A stretch of 64,000 nucleotides of DNA from Gekko japonicus. Its lineage: Eukaryota. Below are positions 37,577 to 50,987 of this stretch, piece after piece (within the stretch, counting starts at the first letter, position 1; every line of letters starts with the position of its first letter). The notes beneath the pieces are model-generated. The model was not told the DNA's origin and made no database searches. It saw nothing but the letters and a program-made list of their open reading frames with translations. A program made the position numbers and the translations under genes. The DNA is taken from assembly GCF_001447785.1 (NCBI RefSeq), contig NW_015161404.1, positions 2,470,187 through 2,534,186 on the forward strand, in the 5' to 3' direction.

Positions 37577-39219
37577 AACATAAGAACATAAGAACATAAG
37601 AGACGCCAATGTTGGATCAGGCCAAAGGCCCATCCAGTCCAACACTCTGTGTCACACAGTGGCCAGAAATACCAGTGCCATCAGGAGGTCCAGCAGTGGG
37701 GCCAGGACATTAGAAGCCCTCCCCCTGTTGACCCCCCCCCAAGCACCAAGACAGAGCATCACTTGCCCCAGAGCCCCTAGCTATACCTTGTGGCTAATAG
37801 CCACTGATGGACCTCTGCTCCATATGCTTATCTAATTCCCTTTTGAAGCCGTCCATGCTTGTAGCACCCACCACTTCCTGTGGCAGTGAATTCCATGTGT
37901 TAATCACTCTTTGGGTGAAGAAAAAGCTATAATATCCTTTTTAAGGTGTGGTGCCCAGAACTGCACACAGTATTCCAAATGAGGTCTCACCATTGATTTA
38001 TATAGGGGCATTATTATATTGGCTGATCTGTTTTCAATACCCTTCCTAATAATCCCCAGCATAGCATTGGCCTTCTTTATTGCAGTCACACACTGTCTCG
38101 ACATTTTCAGTGAGTTATCCACTACAACTCCAAGATCTCTCTCTTGCTCAGTCTCTGCCAGTTCAGACCCCATCAATGTGTATTTATATTTAGGATTTTT
38201 GGCTCCAATGTGCATCACCTTGCACTTGGCCACATTGAACCCCATTTGCCATGTTGACGCCCACTCGCCCATCCTTGACAGATCCCCTTGGAGTGCCTCA
38301 CAATCCTCACTGGTTTTCACCACCCTGAACAACTTTGTATCATCCGCAAATTTAGCCACTTCACTGCTTACTCCCATCTCCAAATCATTAATGAACAAGT
38401 TAAAAAGCAGTGGACCAAGTACTGATCCCTGCGGTACCCCACTGCTTACCACCCTCCACTGAGAAAATTGCCCACCTACACTCACTCTCTGTTTTCTATG
38501 AACTAGCCAGTTTTTGATCCATAAAAGGACTTGTCCTTCTATCCCATGATTTTTGAGCTTACTTAGGAGCCTTTGATGAGGAACTTTATCAAAAGCTTTC
38601 TGGAAGTCAAGGTAAATAATATCTATTGGATCCCCCTTGTCCACATGTTTGTTCACCCCCTCAAAGAACACTAATAGGTTAGTGAGACAAGATCTTCCCT
38701 TACAGAAACCGTGCTGAGTCTGCCTCAATAGGTTTTGTTCATCTATGTGCCTACTAATTCTTTCCTTAATAATGGTTTCCACCAATTTACCCGGTATCGA
38801 CGTCAGACTGACTGGCCTGTAATTTCCCGGATCTCCTCTGGAACCCTTTTTAAAGATGGGAGTGACATTAGCTACCTTCCAATCCTCAGGAATGGAGGCA
38901 GATTTTAAGGAAAGATTACATATCTTTGTCAGGAGATCCACAAGTTCACATTTGAGTTCTTTCAGAACTCTCGGATGTATGCCATCTGGGCCTGGTGATT
39001 TTTCAGTTTTTAAGTTGTCTATCAGTTTTAGGACCTCCTCTCTCTCTGACTCAGGTCTTTCAACACCCCTCCTGAAATCAGTGGTTCTGGAGTGGGCAAG
39101 CACTTCTCATCTTCCACAGTGAAGACGGAGGCAAAAAATGCATTTAGCTTCTCAGCCATTTCCCTATCATCCTTCAATACTCCTTTTACCCCTTGGTCGT
39201 CCAAGGGCCCCACTGCCTC
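37577..39219 (-). mobile_element. Young 5'-truncated CR1 LINE inserted between the DIRS RT and RNase H regions
   Basis: 399-aa open RT frame (KSPGPDG, YLDFQKAFDKV, GVPQGS, FADDTKL); (TTCTTATG)3 tail. Confidence 0.97.
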
Positions 39220-40854
39220 TTAAGAGGTTCTTAACAAGGAGATTCACCCTGTGGGACTACCATGTTAAAGTCTGAAAAATGTTTGTGAGGATTGTACTGG
39301 AAAAAGAACTATCCAGGTCATCAGTGGCATAAACCTAACAGCCTTTCTTGCTGTTTGGAAATAGCTTATTAAAATTCTGACAATCCTGTCCTTGGGAGGG
39401 TAAGCTAACTGAGGACAGTGCCCGCAAAAGTTATGCTTAGTGGGAGAGAGAACGGCCTTCTCTAAGTTCACCTGAAGGCTTAAATCTTGAAGGCTGTTCA
39501 GAATTAAGGAGCTGTGGGCCAACAGGATATCCCTGGATAGAGCTTTAATTAACCCATCATCTGGGTAAGGGAAGAGTTTGCACCGCTTCTCCCTGATTCG
39601 TGCAACCAACACTGCCACAAACTTTGTAAATACCCTTGAGCCTGAGGAGAGACCAAACAGGAGGACAGTGTACTGGAACATCTGGTGTCCACACAGGAAG
39701 AAATTTTCAGAAATCTTTCTTTAGTGAGATATGAAAGTAAGCATCTCAAAACTTTATGACTGTGAACAAAACATTTAATAGCAGGAAGATATCTCTGAGA
39801 GATTTCATGCAAAACTTTTTTGTAACTACAAGCTTATTTAAGAAACATAGCACCAGAATGGTCTCTGTGTTAGGGCTCCTTTTACTAAGAAGGAATTGAC
39901 CTCCTGGAGGAGTAAAACAGGTGGACTCTACAACATAATCATGAAGCACAAAAGACAAAACCCATTTGACTAATAACCTCCCAGTTGTGAGTAAAGTAGG
40001 CCAGGTAGTCACCAAATGGATGGTGAGATGGACAGTCAAAATCCCTGCTTGTTCAACCCTTTAGGATCTTTGGGAGAACAACAGCCTTCCCTAGGCTTAG
40101 AGTAATATATTTTTTGACATGGTTGAGGTTTGGGGACTGAATGTGCATCTTGGGATGGTGGGTGAGGCTGTTGTGTAGTATATCTGAGGTACCTGTACCT
40201 GCCTGGGAAAACTCTGCTTTAAAGGATTGAGGTCAGTTGGAGACCTGGTTGCCATGCGATCCTCTTTAATCTTTTTAAGGGCAGAATCTGTGGTTGAGCT
40301 AAAAAGGTCAGTCCCCTCAGAAGGTAAATCATCTATCCCAGCTGTATTATAAAGATCTAGGGCTGTAGATTTCAACCAGGCATGCCTTCTCAAGGTTATC
40401 ACAGGGCTGTTGACTTGGAAGAGCAATCAGACACATAACAGGCTGTCTAAATTTGTTGCGTAGACACCCTGAGGGGCTCTGTCTACAGTAATTTATTCCC
40501 ACATCTTTTCTCTTCTGGGCTCAGGTCAAGACAAGGACCAAGATTTTTTTCACAGGAAGAGCTGGCACCTTCCCATTATGATTTTATAACTGCTCACATG
40601 GAAAGCCAAGGCAGAGAAGACATAAACCTTACACCCTAAGGTATCAGGTTTCCTGCTCTCCCTATCGAGCAGGGCACAGTGAGGAGGCCCTCCTNNNNNN
40701 NNNNNNNNNNNNNNNNNNNNNNNNNNNNNNNNNNNNNNAGCAGGATGAGTGAAAGGGAAAGTAGAACCCTCCTAACCCTCCTGTTTGGTTTTGTACATGT
40801 TTTCCAACTTTTTTGCACTTTGTACAGATGATTGTTTGGATCACATTTCTTTTG

Positions 40855-43800
40855 CACGTCCTGTATGCCTCGGAGCGCCATCTCCCAGTAGCCTGGATGA
40901 GTGCTGGCCATAGGCCCAAGCTGGCGGCTGTGGTTGCTGTCCCAATACAGAAGGAATGGGGCCCAAACTCCCAGGGAGGAAGGCCAAATAAGACCCCTGC
41001 AAACTGATAACTCAGAGGAGAGCTGTTCCTGTGAACAATGAGGGGACCCGTTATGTGGGGCTGCACCACTAGAAATGCTTTTGTAGCCTGCACCAGGCAT
41101 GGGCCTCCCCCCACCCAAGGACCCAGTCTCAGGTGAATCTCCCACACCTGCTGGTTGGTCTTAAACCTCCTGATGATTAAGGAAACCCCCTCAGCACCAA
41201 TTTAGATGTCCTGGACCCCCAAGGGGTGATGGGCTGTGTCTGTTCTAGAATTCGCCATTAGCTCCCCCACCCTCAGTGCGCCAGAAAAGGCCAAGGTAAA
41301 AGCCACTTCAAACCAAGTGGCCTCATAAGGAGACCAGCACAGGCTTGGGAGTTTATACACTAGCTGCGCCAGAGTATCGAACATCAAGGGCCTGCATGGG
41401 TTGAGTGCTCTAGCAGAGAGCCTCCTCCACTCTTCTACTACCCTGTGAGTTGGGAAGCCATTGCATGGGTCAGTGAAGCCATGAGCTTTTCTAAAGAATG
41501 AAATGGCAGCGATGTGGCCCTGTATGGACTTGGGGGCAAAGCCTTGTTCCTGTAAGTGGGCTATGTACCGAAGAACCCACTCTGCCATCACCAGGAGGTA
41601 TCTGGACCCCCTGTGCCTGCAGAGAAAGCCAAGAAGAGTATGAGTAAAAGGTTGAAGGGGGAACTGAGTGGCATATTCTCTGCATTATGATGTATTCCCA
41701 AGTTCCCAGAGCGCCTCAGGAAATGGGTCCGGATAGAGGTTGGCATCCAGTGCCAGGCTGCAAAAACCTCTTCTCTTGCAGGCAAGAAAAGGCATCTACA
41801 ATGCTGTTACTGATGCCTGCAACATGGTAAGCTGAAAATATTATGTCAGTGGACAAACACACATGAACAAGCCTGAGTACCAGGGCCATAACCCGCTCTG
41901 ATTGTGAGGTTGCTTATTCACCACCCTCACCACTGCTTGGTTATCACACCAGAATCTGACCCTCCTGTTACGAAACTGTTCCCCCCAGAGAACTGCTGCC
42001 ACTGGGATGGGGAACAATTCCATGAAGGTAAGGTCCCACTGTATACCCCACCCTGCCCAGATGGCTGGCCACCTCTGGGCGCACCAGTGGCTGTTGTAAT
42101 ACACATTGAACCTGGTGCCACCCACCACGTCAGAGTGTATTTTCATGCTGTTAGTCAAATCAAGTGGTTGCTACCAAATGGTCACCCCATTATACTCAGA
42201 CTCAGAGATCCTCCTTCATGCCCTTGATTATTCTTATGTGGTGGTGGCAAGCGGAGGCACCCACTGTGGCCCATGTCAGGTGCACACAGAAAGCCCTCCC
42301 TGGTATCACCACTCAACAGATGAAGTTAAGGTGTCCCAGAAGTGATTGTAGCTCCCTCAATGTACATTTAGGGCAAGCAAGCACCAGGGTGATAACGGCC
42401 TGCAGTGCCAGCAGCTTGTCTTCTGGCAGACGGGATGCCCCTTCCAATGAATCTAATTGAATGCCCAAATAGGTTAACTGTGTAGAAGGGCACTCAGTCT
42501 TATCATGAACCAGCAGGACTCTCAGTTCCCCAGGGCCTGGAACACCTCCAAATGCTCCATGCAAACTGTACTATCCACTGAACCCACAAAAAGAAAATTA
42601 TCTAGATAATGGGTGATGTGCAGAGTGTTAGCCCAGGCCTTCACTACCCATTTTAGGAAGGTGCAAAATGCCTCAAAGGCTGCACTAAGCACTCCGTTTC
42701 CACAAGCCCTCACCAACCCAACCATGTGATCAAAAAATCCATATTTAACTGAGCAAAGTTCAGGGGGAGTGGCATCGTTAACTGAGGATCCCTTAGGATA
42801 TGACAAATGATGGACGAGTCTGAACTCGCCTAGAACCTTCTTGGGCACAACCCCTAGATGGGAGATCCGGAGGTTGGGCAATGGAGGGGCGTTGAAGGGG
42901 CCTGCAATTCAACCTGCAGTGCACTCCTTCATGATTTTTGTGGCTGCAACCTTGGGCTTCTCCCTAGTGGATTTGAGGTTACTGACATCAGTTGCAGTTC
43001 GCAGACTGGTAAAAGGAATAGGGAACCCAGAGGTAAAGCCATTTTTAAGATAAAAGGCGGCAGCCCTCCATGGGTCCAGGAGGGGGCAAAGGGCCTGCTG
43101 ACAGAGGTGATAGCCAAGGATGAGTAGTTGGGCTGCTGTTCATTCCCTGGCTGAGCTGCCAGAGGAAGAAGTGCTGGTAGACACTCCCCCCTCTATGAGC
43201 GGCACATTAGAGGAAAGCCTACTGCTCTGAAATGGCTGCTGAGCATTGGCTGAGTGCGAACAGGACACCCTGGGGTGACACCCTAAGCAGAGCTCACAAC
43301 TGTGGTCACATTTACAGTGGGCCTCTGGCAATGCCCCTGATTAAACTCTCAGCATAACCTGCGTGCCGGGTCCCATCAAGCGGCCCATGGCTGCTTTGGA
43401 CAAGTTAGATTTCTCTTTTATTTTGGGTCCCACCACCAACCATATCTTATCATGCAACAAGTTTCACTGGGTCTTCTAACTGTGAGATGTCCACTTGTGG
43501 AAGGCCTCATCATATTCCAATGCAGCTGCCTCCTCAGCCAGTGCCCTGGCCTCTACATTGCCCAAGTGGTTATTTAAGTGCTACCCGCTGTCAGAATAAG
43601 CCACCATCATGACTCCCAGCCAGCCAATTGTGAAAGGTATGTTCAGCCTCCCTTTTTTGCTACCCATTCTGTCTTTTTTTGCAGCCTTTCCTGTCCGGCC
43701 CTCATCCCTGTCAGGCTTCAGCAAGGTGAAGACACTGACATAAAAGCCATCTAGTATTCATTCCCTAATCTTTCTGGAGAGGTGGATGCCAGGTGCGTCC

Positions 43801-44330
43801 TCATCATCTGCAAAGGTGGATGCAATCAAAGAGGGATCAGAGGCATCGAGGCCATTCCATACCACTCCAGGCCCCCCAGTAGCTTATGCTGTTTCAAGCC
43901 TGTGTTGGATACCCAAGCTGGCAGTCCAGGTACTTGTGCTGCCGCTCTCCAGCAATCTGCTGTAGGGCATCTGCATTCCCTGTCTGTAGAGGAGTCACCT
44001 GTTGGTCCATCACAATCGGAATCCCCCCATCAGCATGCCGCCACATCAGTCCTCCTGCTCCCCCGCCCACATGGCCAAGTGAGCTGGCCAGAGCAGTGTG
44101 ATGTGTTTTCCCCCTGGTGGTCCCTCCCCTCCCCCTCTCCTGGGCCCATCATAGACCCATGTGGGAGGAGACAGCCAGGTTTTCCTGCTGTTGCTATTGC
44201 CTGGCCCCCAAGCTGCCCATGCAGCTCGTCCCACCTTGCAGGACGCTGTCATCCCTGCTGGCTCTCCCCATCCGCATGGGACTGCAAACAGGTGAGTCAG
44301 AGGGCCCACCTTTTACTAAGACCAAGCAAA
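40855..44330 (-). mobile_element. Decayed Ngaro-type tyrosine-recombinase retrotransposon
   Basis: YR LAFSGALRVGEL and HSFCIGTATTAA..GRWRSEAY; RNase H ELFPI..LWG..FWCDNQAVV; RT LGVVPKK..FRLVHHLSYP and HYLDNFL; Cys/His gag knuckle at 43140-43331. Confidence 0.88.
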
Positions 44331-47300
44331 ATAACTCAACACAGTGTGCAGTCTTCAGAATGGTGTTTGGATTTTGCTATGGACCAACCTTTGTCTTACA
44401 TCTAATGCATGCATTCAGCTACAGGAAGAAAATATATACATGCACCTTTAGATCCAACATAGGTGTGAATGCCTGATGGATCTAAAGGGAGCAATCAGAC
44501 AGCAACATCTGGGAAGTGTCCCGCAGTCGTCAGCAACCCGCGCTGCTCTGCCATGGAAGCGGAGTTAAAAGACACTGGGGAAAATCCAGTAGTAAATGGA
44601 TTCCTGTGGGCCACAGACAGACTTTCCCTTGTTTGATTGCTCAAGCACACTCTCATGCCATCAGAATGGTCTGATCAGGCCATACTGACTCTGTGCCACT
44701 GTTCCCCCCCTTCACAGTATGCGCATTATTGCATACTCCATAGGGGGTCCTTAGTGCGGAGGTGTGAATCCTCGTTTATGCACAAGGGAAACAAATAGCA
44801 AAAAAAGAGAGACTCACCTGCAGTTGCTTCTGATCACACAATGATGGGCTAAGCCCGCAGCTTCAAAGGGCTGTGTGATCTCACAACTGCATGTCAAATT
44901 CCTCCAAAGGAAACAGCCTCACTACCCCTCTGCTTCAACTGGCGCATGTGACCGCAGCCATAGGATTTAGCTAGGACATCTGGTATGCTCCTTGGGATGC
45001 AAGCACAAGGTTTGATAGATCTTTCTCTGTATGAGATCAATCTCCCATTGCTGTGCCACAGACAGCTATGAGGTGTTAAATAAATACTGGAACTGGCCCT
45101 GCATCCTAGCACCAAGGGTCCATTTTAATGCAGAGATAATGATTCTATGCACTCCATGAACAGGACCCAAGGACTGGGTGGTTCTCTAAATACAACACCA
45201 CAATGCATCAATAGTCTTCTTAACAACTACAATAGTATGTTAATGACTAAGGTTTGCAGAAAGAGATAAATTATTTAGAATTCAGTGGTGGTCCTCTGTC
45301 CCAATTAAGTCTTGCACTAGGTGAACATGAAATACAATTCAACAGTATCTAAATTGCAACAATTGGAAGCAATGATGGTAAAATGGGAGAGGAATAAAAG
45401 TCAATCTCCTAATGACTTTCAAAGTTAGTTTTGTTGTTTTTCATTGACCACACGCAAAAGAATTGGTCAATTGTAGTTTCACAACAAAATAGCGTGATTG
45501 AATTCCTTAAACACTACTGCCCATCACTAATCTGTTGGTGCCAACATCCCTTTTAAGAAAAATTGCTGTTCTCCACGGAGTTTGATTTATATTTCATTTT
45601 GAGAACAGGAAGTAAGGGGATTAAAGTTGAGGATTAAAACACTTACTCTTTACAGCATTTTTTTTAGTGAAGAATGGCTTCTTAGTTGCCATGGGCACTG
45701 CTCAGTGACCCTTAGTTTCCAAATGCAATTCCTTTTGCATTAATGGAATATTTCATTTGGACTCTATAGAAAGCAAATTAGATATTTCTAAAAGTCAAGC
45801 TTGCTAAATGTAAGAAAATAGATTATCATTTTCTATTCCACTTGATTATCTTCCTTGCAACTTTTACACTGAACTGTGAAATATAATTTTGAAAAATAGC
45901 AACTGGATGAGATTGAGACTAAAATGCAAACTCTGAAATAGTAAGGAGTAGTACTGTAAAGAACTGAAAACACTCTGTGTAATCCTCTGACATATTGTTT
46001 GAAATGAACATGAAATGTAATGATTTTTTTCTGGCCTTTTCTGCTCCACTTTTGATTGTGAGAAATAAAAAAAGAGCAAGAGGTGATTTTATTACTGAAT
46101 TTGTAAACATTTGTCAATATTATTTTTACAAAGTACTCTTAAAACAGTCATTGCCAATTAATGAAAATAATCCCAAAATTGTTTCCTCAGAGGAAAAAAA
46201 TAAGTCTCTCTGGCCATTAAGCTTTCCTATAAATTCCAGTGAATTGTAGTAACATTCAAAAAACTTTTTGTTCAAAGCCTGTAGAAGCCAACATGTATTT
46301 TTATTTTTACCGAGCTGACGACCACTTAGAAATGGCATTGTTGCCACCAAAGCATATTGACAGTCAAGTTGATACATGAAACATTCCAATGACTTCCATA
46401 TAATTTGCAAAAGGGTATCATCAGACTACTGATTCCAAGAGACTACATTTCAGTATATTTTGAAAAGATAGCAGGAATATTTTAGTTTACATTTGATAGC
46501 AGGAATATTTTAGTTTACATTTTTCAGGTATATTTTATTTTTGTTTCAGCTTTCTTTTCCACTCTTTTTGATCTCCACAAATTAAGAACAATTTGTTGAA
46601 ATTTCTTTCAACATATGCTTTTGAAAATCCTTTTCCAAGTTGTTTACCAGGAAGCAGTGGATGCTGTGATTTGAGAACATACACCCTAAGCTTTCTTAGG
46701 TGCATGCAACTACTTGTACCATTCCTTGGAGCCTGGTGAAAACCTTTTGCTAATTTTAAGAACCTTTTTACATCATCATTGCTACTCCAGCCAATATTAA
46801 TTTAATAGATGGATCCAAAAGATGTTGTTGTCTCTATAATACTCCAAAACACTGTTTCTTCAAGTAGCACAAACAAATATTGGGTTTTATGATAGTTTAA
46901 GCAAACACTTTCTATCAATGGACAGTTCCTTTCTTATTCAATGTTATTTCCTATTTACATTTGTTAATGGTAAAAAAGTTTCAAAAATCTTTTAGAAGCA
47001 ATGGCTTTGGAAACTCTTCATTTCCCCTTCCCTGCAGTGTCAGTTTTATGGCTCATTGATTGTAATTCTTTCCTTTCTTATGCTGAACAGTTAGATTTTT
47101 GGAGACAATGGACTTTTAACCAACTTTGATGAAAGACTGATATTTATCAATAGGCCAAACTTGTGGTGGCGTAAAGATTTTTCTGTCTGCTGAGTTTTAA
47201 ATTTCATCTTTCAAAAACTTTTCTAGAAAACCTGCATGTTTGTGAAATGGAGAAAGACAGGATGTTTTGTGGCATCCCTTGAGGCAGTAAACTTATTTTG

Positions 47301-48454
47301 GCCAGATGCCACCGGCTTAAAATATTTATTGCAATCAATTTTTCCAGAGTTGAGGTTGTATATTTTCCTCATAGTGGTGAAACTAAAAATAGACTAGGGA
47401 TGTGGAACAAAGATTCAGCATTTACCAAGCACAATTATTATGTAACACCATTCTATTAGGCACACAGCACTAGAAATTTAAAAATAGCTAATGTTTGTAG
47501 CAACCCTTCTTAATCATAGTTGACACTTGACATTAACAACATGTGTGCTCTTTTGATCTTAAATTGGACAGCTCCCTAATCCCAGATAGTATATTCTCAG
47601 TGTTCCACAGAAAAATTGGCAGCTTCTCTTCTAATACTGAAAGCAATAATCTCAGTTTACAAAATAGGTAATTGTTCTGTTTTCTTTCCATAAACAAAAT
47701 TCTAAAGCTATAGCTTTTTCATTTGACTGGTATTTGAGACATCTACAACCAACAAATCACAAATAAAAATTTGGTATCTAACTGTTAAAGATATTATATA
47801 TGAAGGAATCAAAATGTGATCTAATGAAAATTGCAGTTAAACATATAACAACTAAAAGAAACGTTTCCAAGCAAAAAAAGGAGAGAGACTGATATAACGT
47901 ATTAGATTGGCTATCAAAAAGTATTAGAAGATTACAATTCTGTGCATACAAATTTACACTGGGACTTAACTCTGAGTAAATATGCATAGGATTGGACTTC
48001 AGGTAGTAGTTTTGCTATGGAGCATCAGGCTAGGGTGCATTAAAAACCCACTCCAGGACTATATAAGTATTGTAAAGCCTTCATAATACTTTGCCAAAAG
48101 TAATGTTTACTTTTTTTATTAAATATTGATATAATTAGGATATCGGTTGCTATGTTGGTCTCAAAGTCTGAGAGGTGCTGAACAGGTAACCCAATGATAT
48201 TATTTATTGGAATTATTTTTTAAGTATTGCAAGATTTTTCTTTTAAAAACTAGCAACTAGAACTAAAGGTTTAAGTGCAAATGGAAATGTTAACCCCAAT
48301 GTGATCTGAGGATAAGCCATTTACAGGGGCCTGCGGATAGGCAGGTCACACAGAAATCCAACCTCTTTGGACCTTCCACCCATGCGAAGAACAAGAAATG
48401 TAGAACTTTCTTCTCTAGTTTACATCCAAACCTCCATCAGCCCCAGGATATGTT

Positions 48455-48830
48455 AAGAACATAAGAAGAGCCTTGTTGGATCAGACCAGTGGTCCATTTA
48501 GTCCATCACACTGTTTCACACAGTGACCAGCCAATTGCCAAATAAACAGGCATAGAGACCGACACCTTTCCCTAGGTTTCAGGGGTTTATTGTCTCTGGA
48601 TATCAAAGTTCTTTTTAGTCACCATGGCAAGTAGTAGTTGATGAATCTGTTCTCTATGAATCTGTTTAATCCCCTTTTAAATCCATGGATGCTCATTGCC
48701 ATCAATATGTTCTCTGGCAGTGAATTCATTAATTTAATTACCCATTTTGGAAAGCAGTACTTCCTCTTGTCCATCCAATAACTATTGCCTATCAACTTCA
48801 TTGCCTTCGAGTTTTAGTATGTTTGGAAGG
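48455..48830 (-). mobile_element. Old CR1 3' end
   Basis: aagaacataagaagagcc tail; MKLIG..DKRKY..NSLP. Confidence 0.8.
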
Positions 48831-49717
48831 CACTGGATACAAAAACCTTGCTGAAGCTAAACAGGTTGAAGGCTGTTCAATGCCCCAAGACTTCATGGAA
48901 CCCTATGTATGCCAACTTGAGTTCCATAATAAAAGAAAAGCAGATTATAAATGTATTAAATAACTATAATGCCCTATCAAAAGGTTGTACAAAAAAATCT
49001 AGGGTGTTGGGGTTTTTTTTGCTTCTGTAAAAATGGTGTTGAACATAACATTTTATGTAGAATATGTATGATCAGAGTAGGAGATACATTCTTCCTTATT
49101 GCCTGATCACCAGTGAAATAAAATGACAATTTATGTTACATATCATACAAGCAAACCCATTTGCTCCATATCTATGAATCACCACCAAATTCATGGCCGA
49201 TCTAGATGTGACAGGCATCCCCTGAAAGACGGGGGTAAAGGCCAGAATCCCTCTTCCCATCCTACAGTGGACCCAACCAGAACTGGACCCCTATGGCAAA
49301 GTTTAAAGGAATTCCCCAGGGCCCTCACTCTACTCTAATGAAGGAAAGGGTTATAGACTGGCCAAACATTCATGCAATATTCTCATTTAAGTATGCTGAT
49401 TTATGTGCAGGATCCTATAGTGAATGTTTGAAGATCCTAACCTGAGCCAATGCTGGCCCTTTGACTTATGCCTTGCTTGCACTAGATATAAACAGGAGGG
49501 TAAACAGAGAAACAGACATTTACCCAGCTATGGAAGTAGCTTCTTGTGGACACTTGGCAAAGTTTAACCTTGAGCATCTTCAAAACATGATCTAAAACTT
49601 TTTAACCCACTTGGGCAGTATTTAATGGCCAAGAAGAATTATAGGATCATTTCATCATTTTAAAAAACAACTGTCGCATAAGGTGACTATGAACTACATA
49701 AAAACACAAGTACATTC

Positions 49718-50060
49718 AGGCTGCTGCCACACGGGACGGCTGAAACGCGGCTAATCAGAGCCGCACCGAACTTGAGACGCCGCGGCGGGATCCCACGGAT
49801 CCCCTCAGCCATGGTGCATCGCTTCCCGGCACGATCAGATGCTGGGGAGCAAGAGTCCGATGGGAGGGGGAGGCTGCCGAACTGTGCATGCTCGAGCATG
49901 CGCAGTATGGCTGGGGGCCGAGATGCGGCGGTGCAAGGACGCGCCGGCTGATCCCACAGCCCGCCTTGAGCCGCTTCAAGGGATACAACCACCTAGGTAG
50001 GTGGTGCTTTTTTGCTGCACGGTATCGGCGTTTGGGATGGAACAGGGACAGGCAGGCAAC
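49718..50060. mobile_element. Truncated GC-rich MITE related to 55630-56075
   Basis: Shares gcggcgggatc, cccggcacgatcagatgc and gatcccacagcc blocks; only one end present. Confidence 0.55.
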
Positions 50061-50061
50061 G

Positions 50062-50987
50062 ATTCAATGAACTAGATGAAGGGGTAGAAGGACTACTCAT
50101 TAAATTTGCTGATGATACCAAATTGGGAGGAGTAGCAGACACCCAAGAAGATAGAGTTAAAATTCAACAAGACTTGAATACTCTGGTGAAGTGGACAGTT
50201 GCAAACAGGATACAATTCAACAAAGATAAATGCACAGTATTACATCTGGGCCACAATAATGTCAAGCACAAATACTAGATGGGGGATACGTTTCTGGGCA
50301 GTAGTGTATGCAAAAGAGATCTTGGGGTAAGAGTGGACTGTAAAATAAATATGAGCAGTCAGTGTGATGCGGTGGCAAAAAGGGCAAATTCAGTCTTAGG
50401 TTGAATTAAAAGGGCCATAGCATTGAAATCGCAGGAAGTCATAGCCCCTCTGTATACTGCCTTGGTCAGGCCGCACCTTGAGTACTGTGCAGTTCTGGAG
50501 GCCTCACTTCAAAAAGGATGTGGACAAAATCGAGAGGGTGCAGAAGAGAGCGACGAGGATGATCAAGGGTCTGGAGACTGAGCCCTACGAGGAAAGGCTA
50601 AGGGCCTTGGGAATGTTTAGTTTGGAGATGAGGAGATTGAGGGGGGACATGATTGCTCTCTTTAAATATTTGAAAGGGTGTCATTTGGAGGAAGGCAAGG
50701 AGCTGTTCCAGTTGGCAGCAGAGGATAGGACCCAAAGCAACAAGTTTAAATTACATGCAGAAATGTATCGGCTGGATATTAGAAAAACCTTTTTCACAGT
50801 CAGAGTGGTTCAAAAGTGGAATCAGCTGCCTAAAGAGGTGGTTAGCTGACAGCTTTCACTGACAGCTTTCAAGAAGAGGCTGGATGAATATTTGTCAGAG
50901 ATGCTTTAGGCTGGTCCTGCATTGGGCAGGGGGTTGGACTAGATGGTCTGTGTGGCCCCTTCCAACTCTATGATTCTGTGATTCTAT
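50062..50987 (+). mobile_element. 5'-truncated CR1 LINE
   Basis: IKFADDTKLGG..., in-frame stops; ttctatgattctgtgattcta tail. Confidence 0.95.

Larger units (their letters stand above)
34495..40853 (-). mobile_element. Decayed DIRS1-type tyrosine-recombinase retrotransposon (gag, RT, RNase H, methyltransferase-like, YR) with nested insertions
   Basis: gag LRRHAWL (40097-40426); RT FQYTVLLFGLSSGSRVFTK..PYPDD (39265-39681); MT-like YVFPP/ILITPYWPRQ (36839-37239); YR VAITSTRRVNEIQAL (36281-36514) and STRS..DICKAAMWS (35290-35460); terminal-like tcttctgtgcaggcaca near 34515 echoed near 35223. Confidence 0.88.

Noticed and set aside
45040-45075. Possible left terminal repeat of the DIRS element
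   Set aside because: Match to the reverse complement of 34515-34540 is too weak to support by eye
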